Shown here: in pieces, positions 1 to 9,488 of the stretch
How positions within the stretch are numbered: the first letter of the stretch is position 1
How the letters are laid out: the number at the start of each line of letters is the position of its first letter
Origin: Vicinamibacterales bacterium
GTDB lineage: Bacteria > Acidobacteriota > Vicinamibacteria > Vicinamibacterales > UBA2999
DNA: 64,000 bases
Assembly (NCBI GenBank): GCA_050247255.1
Contig: JBFWUM010000012.1
Location: 22,716-86,715, forward strand
Direction of reading: 5' to 3'
Position numbers and translations under genes: made by a program
The notes under the pieces: generated by a model
What the model saw: the letters and a program-made list of their open reading frames with translations, nothing else
What the model was told of the DNA's origin: nothing
The model's database searches: none

Positions 1-176
1 ATCGTGATGCTGCCGTCCGGCTGGATCCGGATAAACGCCGTCACGACAAAGGCACCACCTCCGAATGGGTTCTGCGCCAGCGCCGGGTCCGCGTCCAGAT
101 GCAAGGCCAACAGCACGCCGCCGCCGGCCAGCGCCGTGACTTTGAGGAATCGCCGCCGCGTCACCTGCGTGGTCAT
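1..176 (-). CDS. Molybdopterin-dependent oxidoreductase large (beta) subunit, IorB/aldehyde-oxidase-like; N-terminal fragment that runs off the window edge
   Basis: Minus-strand ATG at 176 gives [58 protein letters not shown]. This has a twin-arginine signal (RRRFLK) followed by a FIRIxPDGxIT-type motif typical of IorB-like subunits. Its start overlaps the stop of the upstream 2Fe-2S subunit gene. It is absent from the ORF track because it is open-ended. Confidence 0.75.
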   Translation of the reverse strand, partial: MTTQVTRRRFLKVTALAGGGVLLALHLDADPALAQNPFGGGAFVVTAFIRIQPDGSIT

Positions 177-670
177 GACCGCACCTCGCGCTCGACATCG
201 GCCTGCGCCGTCTGCGTCTGTCCCCCGGCCGCCTGGTGAATCGCCTGCCGGATCCGCAGGTACGTCCCGCACCGGCAGATGTTGCCGGTCATCGCGCGAT
301 CGATGTCCGCATCGGTCGGCCTCGGCGTTTGCACGAGCAGCGCGGCGGCCGACATGATTTGCCCGGCTTGACAGTAGCCGCACTGCGGCACGTCGAGCGC
401 CTGCCACGCGCGCTGCAGCGGATGCGACCCGTCGGTCGACAACCCCTCGATGGTCGTGACGCGCGCGTTCGCGGCGGCGGACACGGGGGTCTGACAGGCG
501 CGGACGGCGCGTCCGTTCAGGTGCACGGTGCAGGCGCCGCATTGGCCGATGCCGCAGCCGAACTTGGTGCCTTTCAGGTTGAGGACATCGCGAAGCGCCC
601 ACAGCAGGGGCATGTCCCCCGCGACATCCAGCGTGGCCGCTACGCCGTTGACCGTCAGTGTGTATGCCAC
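173..670 (-). CDS. (2Fe-2S)-binding small subunit of a xanthine dehydrogenase/aldehyde oxidase family enzyme (IorA-like)
   Basis: Cys motifs [18 protein letters not shown] and NICRCGTY. The start is moved to GTG 670 (VAYTLTVNG), which has AGGAG about 8 nt upstream. The ORF-track start at 760 adds an atypical 30-aa extension. Confidence 0.85.
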   Translation of the reverse strand: MAYTLTVNGVAATLDVAGDMPLLWALRDVLNLKGTKFGCGIGQCGACTVHLNGRAVRACQTPVSAAANARVTTIEGLSTDGSHPLQRAWQALDVPQCGYCQAGQIMSAAALLVQTPRPTDADIDRAMTGNICRCGTYLRIRQAIHQAAGGQTQTAQADVEREVRS

Positions 671-928
671 GTCCGACACTCTCCTGGTGGCGCGCGCGGC
701 GCGCATGGTTTCAGGGTGGGGCGATCCTACATCATGGGCGACCTCGTGGATGGCCGGCACCGTGACCTGCTGGTGCTGCCGAGGCTGCTGACTGCGTTCG
801 AGATTGTCGGGTCAGAGGAAAACGCGATCGCCTACCTCTCGGCAGTGGCGGGCCTAACAGTCGCCCAGGCATCCTCCCAGGCGATCACATCGGGACACTC
901 CAGGCGTATTGGGAGGCCGGACGCGACA

Positions 929-2284
929 CTATGCGGGTGTGGGCTTACGCACGGCATGCTGGCTCGTCGCCGGTGTCTCGCTGGAACGGGGGCGCTCAGC
1001 CCCCGCGGACTTCAGGCACAGGACCGTGATGCCGCCGAGAATGCCGGCGGCCATCAGGTAATAGATGCCGGCGACATAGTTGCCTGTCCGGTCAGTCAGG
1101 TACCCCACAGCGTAGGGCCCGAGAAAGCCACCGAGATTGCCCACCGAGTTGATCAAGGCGATGCTGGCGGCAGCAGCAGGTCCGCTGAGCAACATGGTCG
1201 GCAAGGTCCAGAACGGAGACGGGAACGAGTAGAGCGCCATTGTCGCCAGCGAAAACGCCGCGATCGCCAGTGGGAGATTGCCACCAGCCAGCACGCTCAA
1301 CCAGAGCGCGAGGCCGACGAGCATCAGGGAGACCGCCGAATGCCAGCGTCGTTCTCCGGAACGATCCGAGTGCGCGGCGGTGAGCAGCATCGCCGGGATG
1401 GCCGCCAGCCATGGGATGCCAGAGAGCAGAATAACCTGGGTCGTGCTCAGACCTGAGACACCCTGAAGGATTTTCGGGAGCCATGTGCCCAATCCGACAC
1501 TGTTGGTGATGTAGCAGAAGTACGCGAGGCACAGCAACAGGACCTGGGGGTGGCGCGCCGCAGCCCAGGCAGTCAGTTTGCCCAGCGATTTCTTGCTCTC
1601 ACGCTCAACCCGCAACTGCTCCGCGATCCACTGCCGTTCGTCGGCGGCCAGCCATGGAGCAGATTCCGGCCGATCCGTCAGCCAGTAGAAGGTCGCCACA
1701 CCCGCCAGGACCGAGGGAAATCCTTCGAGGATGAGCAGCCAGCGCCACCCGGCGTACCCGAGCCAATCAAGCCTCATCAATCCCGCGGCCACCGTTGCGC
1801 CCAGCATGTTCGAGATCGGAATGGCCGCCATGAACAGGGCCACGGCCTTGCCCCGGTCGGTCACGCGAAACCAGCGAGTCATGTAGACGATGACGCCGGG
1901 GAAGAATCCTGCCTCGGCGATGCCCAGCAGGAAGCGGATGACGTAGAACTCGCGGGCGTCCGAGACAAAACCCGTCAGCGTCGCCAGGGTCCCCCACACG
2001 ATCAGGCTGACGCCGATGAACTTCCTGGCGCTCCATTGTTCGACCAGCATCGCGGACGGGACCTGGAACAGGAAGTAGCCGATGAAGAAGATGCCGGCGC
2101 CAAGGCCGAAGACGGCGTTGGAAAAACCCAGGTCGCCGGTCATCTGGAGCGATGCGAAGCTGATGTTGACCCGATCGACATAGTTCAGGACGTAGAGTCC
2201 GAAGAGGAACGGCAGGAGACGGCGCGCGATCTTGCTGCGCGTTCGCACTGACAACTCGGTGGCCTGGATGTCGCTTCCCGTCAC
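929..2284 (-). CDS. MFS transporter, anion:cation symporter (ACS) type (tartrate/galactonate-transporter-like)
   Basis: 451 aa, multi-TM. The N-terminal LYVLNYVDRVNISFASLQM signature is typical of ACS-family MFS permeases. It lies 16 nt downstream of the DHDPS-family gene on the same strand. Confidence 0.85.
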   Translation of the reverse strand: MTGSDIQATELSVRTRSKIARRLLPFLFGLYVLNYVDRVNISFASLQMTGDLGFSNAVFGLGAGIFFIGYFLFQVPSAMLVEQWSARKFIGVSLIVWGTLATLTGFVSDAREFYVIRFLLGIAEAGFFPGVIVYMTRWFRVTDRGKAVALFMAAIPISNMLGATVAAGLMRLDWLGYAGWRWLLILEGFPSVLAGVATFYWLTDRPESAPWLAADERQWIAEQLRVERESKKSLGKLTAWAAARHPQVLLLCLAYFCYITNSVGLGTWLPKILQGVSGLSTTQVILLSGIPWLAAIPAMLLTAAHSDRSGERRWHSAVSLMLVGLALWLSVLAGGNLPLAIAAFSLATMALYSFPSPFWTLPTMLLSGPAAAASIALINSVGNLGGFLGPYAVGYLTDRTGNYVAGIYYLMAAGILGGITVLCLKSAGAERPRSSETPATSQHAVRKPTPA

Positions 2285-2299
2285 GGTGTCCTCGCGTTT

Positions 2300-3238
2300 C
2301 TACGAATGCGCCGCCGCTACGCTCCCCACGATGAGCGGCCTGGCAATGTCAACCCCGGGGAGCGTGTGCTCCAGGAGTGCGTCGAGTTGCGTCGCTGCGG
2401 CTGCCGTGACCGATGCGCCTGGATGACGCGCGCGCGCCGATGCCAGGAGGCCGCGCCGTCGCAGCAACTCCTTCCGAATCGCCACGCCCGGCTGCTGCTC
2501 GAACACGATGAGCGCGGCGAAGCGTGCGTACAGTTCATGCACGGTGCGCCACTCCCCCGCCTGGGCAGCCCGGTGCATCGCGATCAGGACTTCCGGAAAT
2601 GCGAAGCCGGTATTGAAGCCGTCTGATCCAGCGGCCAGGTCAAACGGCGCGTACAACGCACCCAGGCCCGTGAGAATCGGCAGCCTCCGGTTGCCGATCG
2701 CGTCCCGGATGGCCCGGATCCTGGCCGCGGTCGGCACGGCTTCCTCCTTGACGCAGGCAATGGCCGGGACTGCCCGGACGAGCCGCGCGATCAGCGCCAC
2801 CGACATGTGCACGTCGGTCGAGGCCGGGTGATCCTGGAGAACGATCGGAATGCGGATGGTTTCCGCCAGCCGCTGGAATGTCTCGACGATGCGTTCGTCG
2901 TTGGGGACGGGTTCCTTTGCCGGCGTGACCATGACCGCCGCGGCGCCGAGGTCTTCTGCCATCCGGGACAAGTACTCGACGACGCGGGTGCCGCTGTGGC
3001 TCGTGCCGACGATGATCGGCACGCGGCCCTCGACCACGGCGGCGGCGGTCTTGATCAGGAGCCCGCGTTCCTCGTCGGTCAGTCGATTCGATTCCCCGAG
3101 GACCCCAAGGATCGTGATGCCGTCGACGCCGCACCCGACCATGAACTCGATCAGGCGCCGCCACGATTCGAGATCGATCTGCTCGTCATCGGAAAAGGGC
3201 GTCGCGAGAATGGGGATGACGCCGGTGAAGGTGGTCAT
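2300..3238 (-). CDS. Dihydrodipicolinate synthase / N-acetylneuraminate lyase family class I aldolase
   Basis: 312 aa. N-terminus GVIPILATPFSDDEQIDLESWRRLIEFMVGCGVDGITILGVLGESNRLTDEER matches the DapA/NAL family pattern. Confidence 0.85.
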   Translation of the reverse strand: MTTFTGVIPILATPFSDDEQIDLESWRRLIEFMVGCGVDGITILGVLGESNRLTDEERGLLIKTAAAVVEGRVPIIVGTSHSGTRVVEYLSRMAEDLGAAAVMVTPAKEPVPNDERIVETFQRLAETIRIPIVLQDHPASTDVHMSVALIARLVRAVPAIACVKEEAVPTAARIRAIRDAIGNRRLPILTGLGALYAPFDLAAGSDGFNTGFAFPEVLIAMHRAAQAGEWRTVHELYARFAALIVFEQQPGVAIRKELLRRRGLLASARARHPGASVTAAAATQLDALLEHTLPGVDIARPLIVGSVAAAHS

Positions 3239-3300
3239 AGTCAGAATGCTCCGCGGGGGTCGAATTCAGCCGGCACTCTATCGGTCGGCTTCAGCACCGA

Positions 3301-3316
3301 CCAATGAGTAATTCTT
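3301..3316 (-). promoter_or_regulatory. Candidate LysR operator, copy 1 (CCAATGAGTAATTCTT on the plus strand)
   Basis: Exact reverse complement of 4317-4332. AT-rich (11/16) in GC-rich DNA. About 60 nt upstream of the DHDPS-family start, in the divergent LysR promoter region. Confidence 0.45.
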
Positions 3317-3350
3317 CTTGGGCCATAAGTCTCGCTGCTAGACTAGGCGC

Positions 3351-4310
3351 ATGGACCTGCTGCAGTTGGAACACTTTCTGGCGGTCGCGGAGGAAGGCAG
3401 CTTCACGCGGGCGGCGGAGCGTGTGTGCCGGACTCAACCGGCGGTCAGCCTGAGCATCAAGAAGCTGGAGGACGAGATCGGGGCACCACTCTTTACGAGG
3501 GGTACCGTGGATCTCTCCCTGACCAGCGCCGGCAAGACCCTCCTGCAGTCCGCGAAGCGCATGGTGCAGCTGCGCGACGACACCGTCAGGAACCTGAGAA
3601 AGCTGCAGAACCTGAGCTCCGGAAGCCTGTCGATCGCGGCACATGAATCGGCGGCGGCCTACCTGCTGCCTAGCCCGCTCCGCGAATACTTCCAGCGGTT
3701 TCCCGACATCAAGGTCGGCATTCAGCGCAGCCGTCTGGAAGACATCCCTCGACAGGTGATGGATCGGGAGTTCGACATCGGGTTCGTCAAGGATGCGCCC
3801 ACCTTCCACGAGTTACGTTCAGTGGAAGTGCATTCCGACGAGTTGATGCTGATCGCGTCACCACGTCACCCGCTGGCCGTGCGTGATGGACTGACGATCC
3901 AGGACCTCGTCGGCGAACCCTTCATCCTGCACCACCAGTGCTCGACCACCGAGCAGAAGATTCTGCGGATGTTCGAAGCGCACAATGTGCGCTGCAATAT
4001 TTCTGCGGAGCTGTGGAGTTTCGAGAACGTGAAGGACTTCGTCCGCCAGGACGTCGGCCTGGCGATTGTGCCTGGCATCTGCGTCGAACAGGAACTCGAT
4101 GCCGGCACCTTGACCCGGATACCGTTTCCCGAGCTCGACGTGCCCCGCAAGACGCTGATGATCTTCCGCGATCAGAGCTACCGGTCCGAGTCCTCCCGGC
4201 GTTTCGTCGAGCTGATGCAGGAAGCCGTGTCGTCGCGGCGCAAGCGGGCCCGTGAGGCGCGTGAGACACGATCGCGGCGGCAACCTCGTCCTCACGTCCG
4301 CTGCTTATAA
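3351..4310 (+). CDS. LysR family transcriptional regulator
   Basis: N-terminal HTH MDLLQLEHFLAVAEEGSFTRAAERVCRTQPAVSLSIKKLEDEIG followed by a LysR substrate-binding domain. Divergent from the DHDPS/MFS operon. Confidence 0.9.
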   Translation: MDLLQLEHFLAVAEEGSFTRAAERVCRTQPAVSLSIKKLEDEIGAPLFTRGTVDLSLTSAGKTLLQSAKRMVQLRDDTVRNLRKLQNLSSGSLSIAAHESAAAYLLPSPLREYFQRFPDIKVGIQRSRLEDIPRQVMDREFDIGFVKDAPTFHELRSVEVHSDELMLIASPRHPLAVRDGLTIQDLVGEPFILHHQCSTTEQKILRMFEAHNVRCNISAELWSFENVKDFVRQDVGLAIVPGICVEQELDAGTLTRIPFPELDVPRKTLMIFRDQSYRSESSRRFVELMQEAVSSRRKRAREARETRSRRQPRPHVRCL

Positions 4311-4316
4311 GCCGAC

Positions 4317-4332
4317 AAGAATTACTCATTGG
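4317..4332 (+). promoter_or_regulatory. Candidate LysR operator, copy 2 (AAGAATTACTCATTGG)
   Basis: Exact inverted copy of 3301-3316. Lies between the LysR stop (4310) and the OCD-family start (4437), about 105 nt upstream of that start. Confidence 0.45.
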
Positions 4333-4436
4333 CGCCTGTCGCCGGCGCGGCATTACAGTTCGCCGGGCGATCACACGGCGCGTTGGGCGACCTTCGCCCG
4401 TCGCGCGCGTCTCCTGTGATCGCAGGAGGCGATTCC

Positions 4437-5495
4437 ATGGTGTTGCTGCTGTCAGAGGCCGACGTCGCGCGAGCCATTTCGATGCGCGACACAATCGACC
4501 GGCTGGAGGACGTGTTTCGTCAGTATGCACAGGGGGCGGCCCTGGTGACGCCACGGACGAGCGCCCAGATCCCACGCGGCGGTGGTGCGTTTCGGGTGAT
4601 GTCGGCGATCCTGCCGGAATCCGGATTCTTCGGGTTGAAATCGCTCACCGGCTATCCCGGCCGGCGCCTCCCCGGCGAAACCTACTTCGTCATCCTGCTG
4701 TTCAGCGGTGAGACCGGTGCGCTGCGCGCCGTGATTGCCGCCAACCAGCTGACTGGCATCCGGACAGGCGCCGCGACGGGACTGGCCGCCCGCTATCTCG
4801 CCCGCCCCCAGTCGCATGTGGCTGGCATCTTTGGCGCGGGCGTCCAGGCTCGCTACCAGGTGGCCGCCCTGAAGGCCGTGTGCCCGCTCGAAGAACTCCG
4901 CGTCTTTGATCCGGATCCCGTCAAGGCGGCTGCGTTTGCCAAAGCGATGGCGGACGAATTCGACGTGCGGCCGGTCGTCGTCACCCAGCCGCGCGACGCC
5001 GTCGCCGGCTGCGACTTGATCGTGGCTGCCACGTCTGCGCCTGCGCCCGTCTTCGACGGAGCGTGGCTGGAGGAGGGCACGCACGTCAGCGGTATCGGCG
5101 CCAATTCACCGGCCAAGAAAGAGCTGGACGCACTCACCTTCGGCCGAAGTCAAAAGGTCGTTGTTGATTTTCGTGAACAGGTGCTGGAGGAAGCGGGTGA
5201 CCTGCGGCATGCCATCGAGACCGGGACAATGACCGAAGGGGCCATCCACGCCGATCTCGCGCAGCTCGCCGCTGGCCAGAAGCCAGGCCGCGACAACGAG
5301 CGCGAGATCACGCTGTTCAAGTCTGTCGGGGTGGCGCTCGAGGACGTCGCCACTGCGGCGTTTGTGTACCAACAGGCGTTGGCGCAAGGCCTGGGCGAAG
5401 AACTCGATCTCCTGGGGGACCAGACGGTGCCGGTCAGGGCCGACGCCCGCAGGCGTGTGTCCCGCGGACACTCAGTCGAGGAGGTGCCGTCATGA
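4437..5495 (+). CDS. Ornithine cyclodeaminase / mu-crystallin family protein
   Basis: Start set at ATG 4437 (AGGAGG 9 nt upstream). MVLLLSEADVARAISMRDTIDRLEDVF, LTGIRTGAATGLAARYLA and GAGVQA (Rossmann) are typical of the OCD family. Its stop overlaps the next gene's start. Confidence 0.85.
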   Translation: MVLLLSEADVARAISMRDTIDRLEDVFRQYAQGAALVTPRTSAQIPRGGGAFRVMSAILPESGFFGLKSLTGYPGRRLPGETYFVILLFSGETGALRAVIAANQLTGIRTGAATGLAARYLARPQSHVAGIFGAGVQARYQVAALKAVCPLEELRVFDPDPVKAAAFAKAMADEFDVRPVVVTQPRDAVAGCDLIVAATSAPAPVFDGAWLEEGTHVSGIGANSPAKKELDALTFGRSQKVVVDFREQVLEEAGDLRHAIETGTMTEGAIHADLAQLAAGQKPGRDNEREITLFKSVGVALEDVATAAFVYQQALAQGLGEELDLLGDQTVPVRADARRRVSRGHSVEEVPS

Positions 5496-6493
5496 TGCTG
5501 CACGTCGCGGTCCTGCTGCTCGGTTTGCTCGGCCAGATAACGGGGTCGACCGCGCCGCGCAACGACCTGCCGCAGCCGTACCGGACGACGCGCGACTGGG
5601 GACAGCTGCCAGTGGGCGTCCAGTGGGCCGCGGTCACCGCTGTCGAGCCCGCGCCTGACGGCAGCATCTTCGTCATCCATCGCTGCTTCGCGAACTCGTG
5701 CAAGGACCGGCCGGAAGCGCCGATCCTGAAGTACGACGCCCGGGGGCGCCTCCTGAAATCGTGGGGCGAAGGGATATTCGTGTTCCCGCACGGCGCCACG
5801 GTCGATCGGGAAGGGAACCTCTGGGTCACCGACGCCCAGGGCGGCAATGGAAAGGGACACCAAGTCTTCAAGTTCAGCGCCGACGGCCGGCTGCTGATGA
5901 CGCTGGGAAAGGCCGGCGTCTCGGGCTCCGGTCCCGATCTCTTCGATCAACCGTGCGACGTCGTCGTCGCGTCGAGCGGCGATATCTTCGTCGCCGACAG
6001 CCATCGCAGCGGTAGGAACAACCGGATCGTGAAGTTTACGAAGGACGGAACGTTCCTCAAGGAGTGGGGGCGCACAGGCTCCGGACCCGGTGAGTTCAGC
6101 GAGCCGCACACGATTGCGCTCGACTCGCGCGGCCGGCTGTTCGTCGGCGATCGCGAGAACAACCGGATCCAGATCTTCGATCAGGAGGGCACGCTGCTCG
6201 ACGAGTGGCGGCAGTTCGGCCGGCCCAGCGGCATCGCGATCACGCCCGACGACACCATCTACGTCACCGACTCGGAATCGGGCCCCGACACCGGCGCACA
6301 CGAGCTCCAGGGGATCAAGAAAGGCATCCGCATCGGCAGCGCGCGCACGGGCGAGGTCACCGCGTTCATCGAGGACATGGAATCGACGACGCCGGATCAT
6401 TCGGGGGCGGAAGGAGTCGGCGTCGATGCGAACGGCAACGTCTACGGCGCCGTGGTCCGTCGCCAGATGCTGGAGAGACATGTCAGAAGATAG
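5492..6493 (+). CDS. Secreted NHL-repeat beta-propeller protein
   Basis: Hydrophobic N-terminus. Repeated NHL-like units include GNLWVTDAQGG, GDIFVADSHRSGRNNRIVKFTKDG, GRLFVGDRENNRIQIFDQEG and DTIYVTDSE. Confidence 0.8.
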   Translation: MMLHVAVLLLGLLGQITGSTAPRNDLPQPYRTTRDWGQLPVGVQWAAVTAVEPAPDGSIFVIHRCFANSCKDRPEAPILKYDARGRLLKSWGEGIFVFPHGATVDREGNLWVTDAQGGNGKGHQVFKFSADGRLLMTLGKAGVSGSGPDLFDQPCDVVVASSGDIFVADSHRSGRNNRIVKFTKDGTFLKEWGRTGSGPGEFSEPHTIALDSRGRLFVGDRENNRIQIFDQEGTLLDEWRQFGRPSGIAITPDDTIYVTDSESGPDTGAHELQGIKKGIRIGSARTGEVTAFIEDMESTTPDHSGAEGVGVDANGNVYGAVVRRQMLERHVRR

Positions 6494-6920
6494 GCGCGGA
6501 AGTCGAATCGCCGCTGCGCCAGCGGTCGCCATCTGCCTCGCGGTGGCGACACTTGCGGGTCAGGCCGGCCGCACGGTCTGGGATGGTGTCTATACGCAGG
6601 CGCAGGCTGCGCGCGGGGCGACGCTCTATGCCCAGCGGTGCGCGCAGTGCCATGGGGATCTGCTCCAGGGCTTCGAGGCGGCGCCGGCGCTGGCCGGTCC
6701 CCTCTTCGTGGCGACGTGGGAGGGGGTCCAGCTCGGGGAGCTCGCCGACCGCGTCAGGATTTCCATGCCGCTGGACAGCCCCGGTTCGCTGTCGCGACAG
6801 CAGACGGCAGACCTGCTGGCCTACATGTTCGAGGTCGGCAAATTGCCGGCCGGATCGCAGGAGCTTCCTGGTGACGCCGCGCTCCTCGGACAGATCACCT
6901 TCAGAGGGACGAAACCGTGA
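6480..6920 (+). CDS. Mono-haem c-type cytochrome (probable electron acceptor of the adjacent quinoprotein)
   Basis: Start at ATG 6480 (MSEDRRGSRIAAAPAVAICLAVATLAG signal), single CAQCH haem motif. Overlaps the NHL gene by 14 nt and ends 17 nt before the PQQ dehydrogenase start. The upstream part of ORF 6090..6920 is Arg/Ser-rich shadow. Confidence 0.7.
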   Translation: MSEDRRGSRIAAAPAVAICLAVATLAGQAGRTVWDGVYTQAQAARGATLYAQRCAQCHGDLLQGFEAAPALAGPLFVATWEGVQLGELADRVRISMPLDSPGSLSRQQTADLLAYMFEVGKLPAGSQELPGDAALLGQITFRGTKP

Positions 6921-6936
6921 CATGCGGGAGGATTCG

Positions 6937-8965
6937 ATGACGCGTCGACAGGCCTTGCGCCCATGGGTGCTGACGGCGGTCGGCATATGCTTCGCTGGCT
7001 CGGGGGCGCCCGGCGCGCAGCGTCCGGCAGCCGCGACTGAGTGGCGCACGTACGGAGGCGACCTCGCCAGCACGCGCTACGCGCCCCTCGATCAGATCAA
7101 CGCAGCGAACTTCTCAGGGCTGGAAGTGGCGTGGCGGTTCAAGACCGACAACCTCGGCCCGCGACCCGAGTTCAACTTCCAGTCGACGCCGCTGATGGTA
7201 GGAGGCCGCCTCTACTCGACCGGCGGGACCCGCCGCGCGGTCTTTTCGCTCGACGCGGCAACCGGCGAGCTGTTCTGGGTCTACTCCGAGGATGAAGGGG
7301 CCCGGGGCGCCGCCGCGCCGCGCCAGTTGTCGGGCCGCGGCCTCGCTTACTGGTCGGACGGCCGCGAAGAACGCGTCCTCTATGTCACCCCCGGCTATCG
7401 GCTGGATCGCGCTCGACGCGAGGTCAGGCAAGCGGGTGGCCGCGTTCGGCCAGGACGGCGTCGTCGATCTCAAGCAGGGGCTCGAGGGGATGTCCGATCT
7501 GACGACAGCTCCAGTGGGATTGCACTCCACGCCGCTGGTCGCCGGCGACGTCGTGCTGGTCGGGGCGGCGTTCGAAAGCGGCGCAAACCCGCGGAGCCGC
7601 GCCAACGTGAAGGGGGCCGTTCGCGCTTTCGATGCCCGGACCGGGCGGCTTCTCTGGACCTTCAACACGATTCCGGAACCGGGGCAGCCGGGCAGTGAAA
7701 CGTGGGAAGGCGATTCCCTGGCGTACACCGGCAACACCGGGGTGTGGGCGCAGATGTCGGCCGACGTGCAGCTTGGCCTCGCCTATCTGCCCGTGGAACT
7801 GCCGACGCACGACTACTTCGGTGGCGCGCGCCCCGGCGACAACCTCTTTGGCGAAAGCATCGTGGCGGTGGACCTCAAGACCGGTCAGCGCCGCTGGCAC
7901 TATCAGCTCGTGCACCACGGCATCTGGGACATGGACATTCCCTGCGCGCCGATCCTTGCCGACATCACCGTCAACGGACGGGTGGTGAAGGCGCTGGCGC
8001 AGCCGACCAAGCAGGCGTTTCTCTACGTGCTCGATCGCGAGACCGGGCAGCCGGTCTGGCCGATCGAGGAACGCCCCGTACCGCAGGGGGATGTGCCGGG
8101 CGAGAAGTATTCGGCGACGCAGCCGTTTCCGACGCGGCCGGCGCCCTACAATCGGCAGGGCCTCTCGCTCGACGACTTGATCGACTTCACCCCAGAGCTG
8201 CGGGCCGAGGCGGTGAAACTGGTGTCCAACTACCGCATCGGGCCCATCTTCACGCCGCCAGTCGTCAGTCGCGCGGGCGGTCCGCTAGCCACGTTGCAGA
8301 TGGCCAGCCAGGCGGCGGCGACCAACTGGCCAGGTGGATCCTACGATCCCGACACCCGCGTCCTCTACGTCCATTCGCAAAGCCAGGTGGGGACGCTCGG
8401 GCTCGTGCCACCGGCGCCTGGTGTCGCGCCCGATGTGCCGTTCCATCAAGGCACGGTACTCAGCGGGCCTCGGACGTCCGGCGGCCTGGGTTCGGGCCGC
8501 GCCGCGGGTGCCAGAGGAGCGGCGTCGCCGACCACCGTGCAGGGGCTGCCGCTCGTCAAGCCGCCGTACGGACAAATCAGCGCAATCGATCTCGAGCGCG
8601 GCGAGATCCTGTGGCAGGTTCCACACGGTGAGACGCCGGATATCGTGAAGAACCACCCGGCGCTGCGCGGGCTGACCATTCCGCGCACCGGCCGACCGGG
8701 GATGGCGGGGACGCTCGTGACGCGGACCCTGGTCATTTCCGGTGAGCCGGGCTTCGGGGTCACGCCGTCCGGCCAGCGCGGCGCCATGCTCCGCGCCTAC
8801 GACAAGAAGACGGGAGCCGAAGTCGGCGCGGTCTACATGCCTGCGCCTCAAACCGGCTCGCCGATGACCTACATGCTGAACGGCCGTCAATACCTGGTGG
8901 TGGCCATCAGCGGCGGCGCCTACAGCGGCGAGTTGCTCGCGTTCCGTCTGCCGGACGTCCCGTAA
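6937..8965 (+). pseudogene. PQQ-dependent dehydrogenase (glucose/quinate-dehydrogenase-like beta-propeller), interrupted by a 1-nt frameshift near 7405
   Basis: Two ORF-track pieces (frame 1 to 7698, frame 2 from 7292) encode one protein: WRTYGGDLASTRY, YVTPGYRL then IALDARSGKRV, and HHGIWDMD. The frame switches at CGG CTG g ATC GCG (7399-7411). GGGAGGA precedes ATG 6937. Confidence 0.8.
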
Positions 8966-8990
8966 CGCCGACATCAAAGGAGTTCCGTCC

Positions 8991-9461
8991 ATGAAGGCTG
9001 CCATCCCTTTCCTCGCCGCCGGGTTTCTCGTTGTCCCTCTCCTGGCTGCGGACCCGGTGGGGTTCGCCATCTGGAAGTCGGCCGAACTGAAGCAACGGGA
9101 CGAGGCGCTCTCCAGGAGGGTCGGCCCGGATCACTCCGCGCGGGAGACGCTGGCCGACTACGGCGACCATCGCTTCCGACTGCTCTACCGGGACGCCGAC
9201 GGAGTCCCGGAGCAGCATGACAACACGGTCGACGTCGTCATCGTGCAAAGCGGGGAGGGCACGCTGGTCGTGGGCGGCACAATGGTCAACCTCACCGCCA
9301 GGGGCACCGGCGAGTACGTAGGCACCGGAATCGAGGGCGGCGAACGGCATGCGCTCGCGCCCGGGGATGTGGTTCACATCCCAGCCAAGGCTCCACACAG
9401 CTTCCTCGTCGCCAACGGGAAGCACCTCACCTACATGCTCGTGAAGTTTCCCGCACCTTAA
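8991..9461 (+). CDS. Secreted cupin-domain protein
   Basis: Signal-like MKAAIPFLAAGFLVVPLLAA. The C-terminal GDVVHIPAKAPHSF is a cupin motif-2-like element. Confidence 0.7.
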   Translation: MKAAIPFLAAGFLVVPLLAADPVGFAIWKSAELKQRDEALSRRVGPDHSARETLADYGDHRFRLLYRDADGVPEQHDNTVDVVIVQSGEGTLVVGGTMVNLTARGTGEYVGTGIEGGERHALAPGDVVHIPAKAPHSFLVANGKHLTYMLVKFPAP

Positions 9462-9488
9462 CGAACCGCGAATGCACGGAGTTACTCA

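Noticed and set aside
7395-7415. Possible programmed ribosomal frameshift in the PQQ dehydrogenase.
   Set aside because: There is no slippery heptamer or homopolymer at the frame switch (CGG CTG G ATC) and no obvious downstream pseudoknot. A sequencing indel or pseudogenisation is the simpler explanation.
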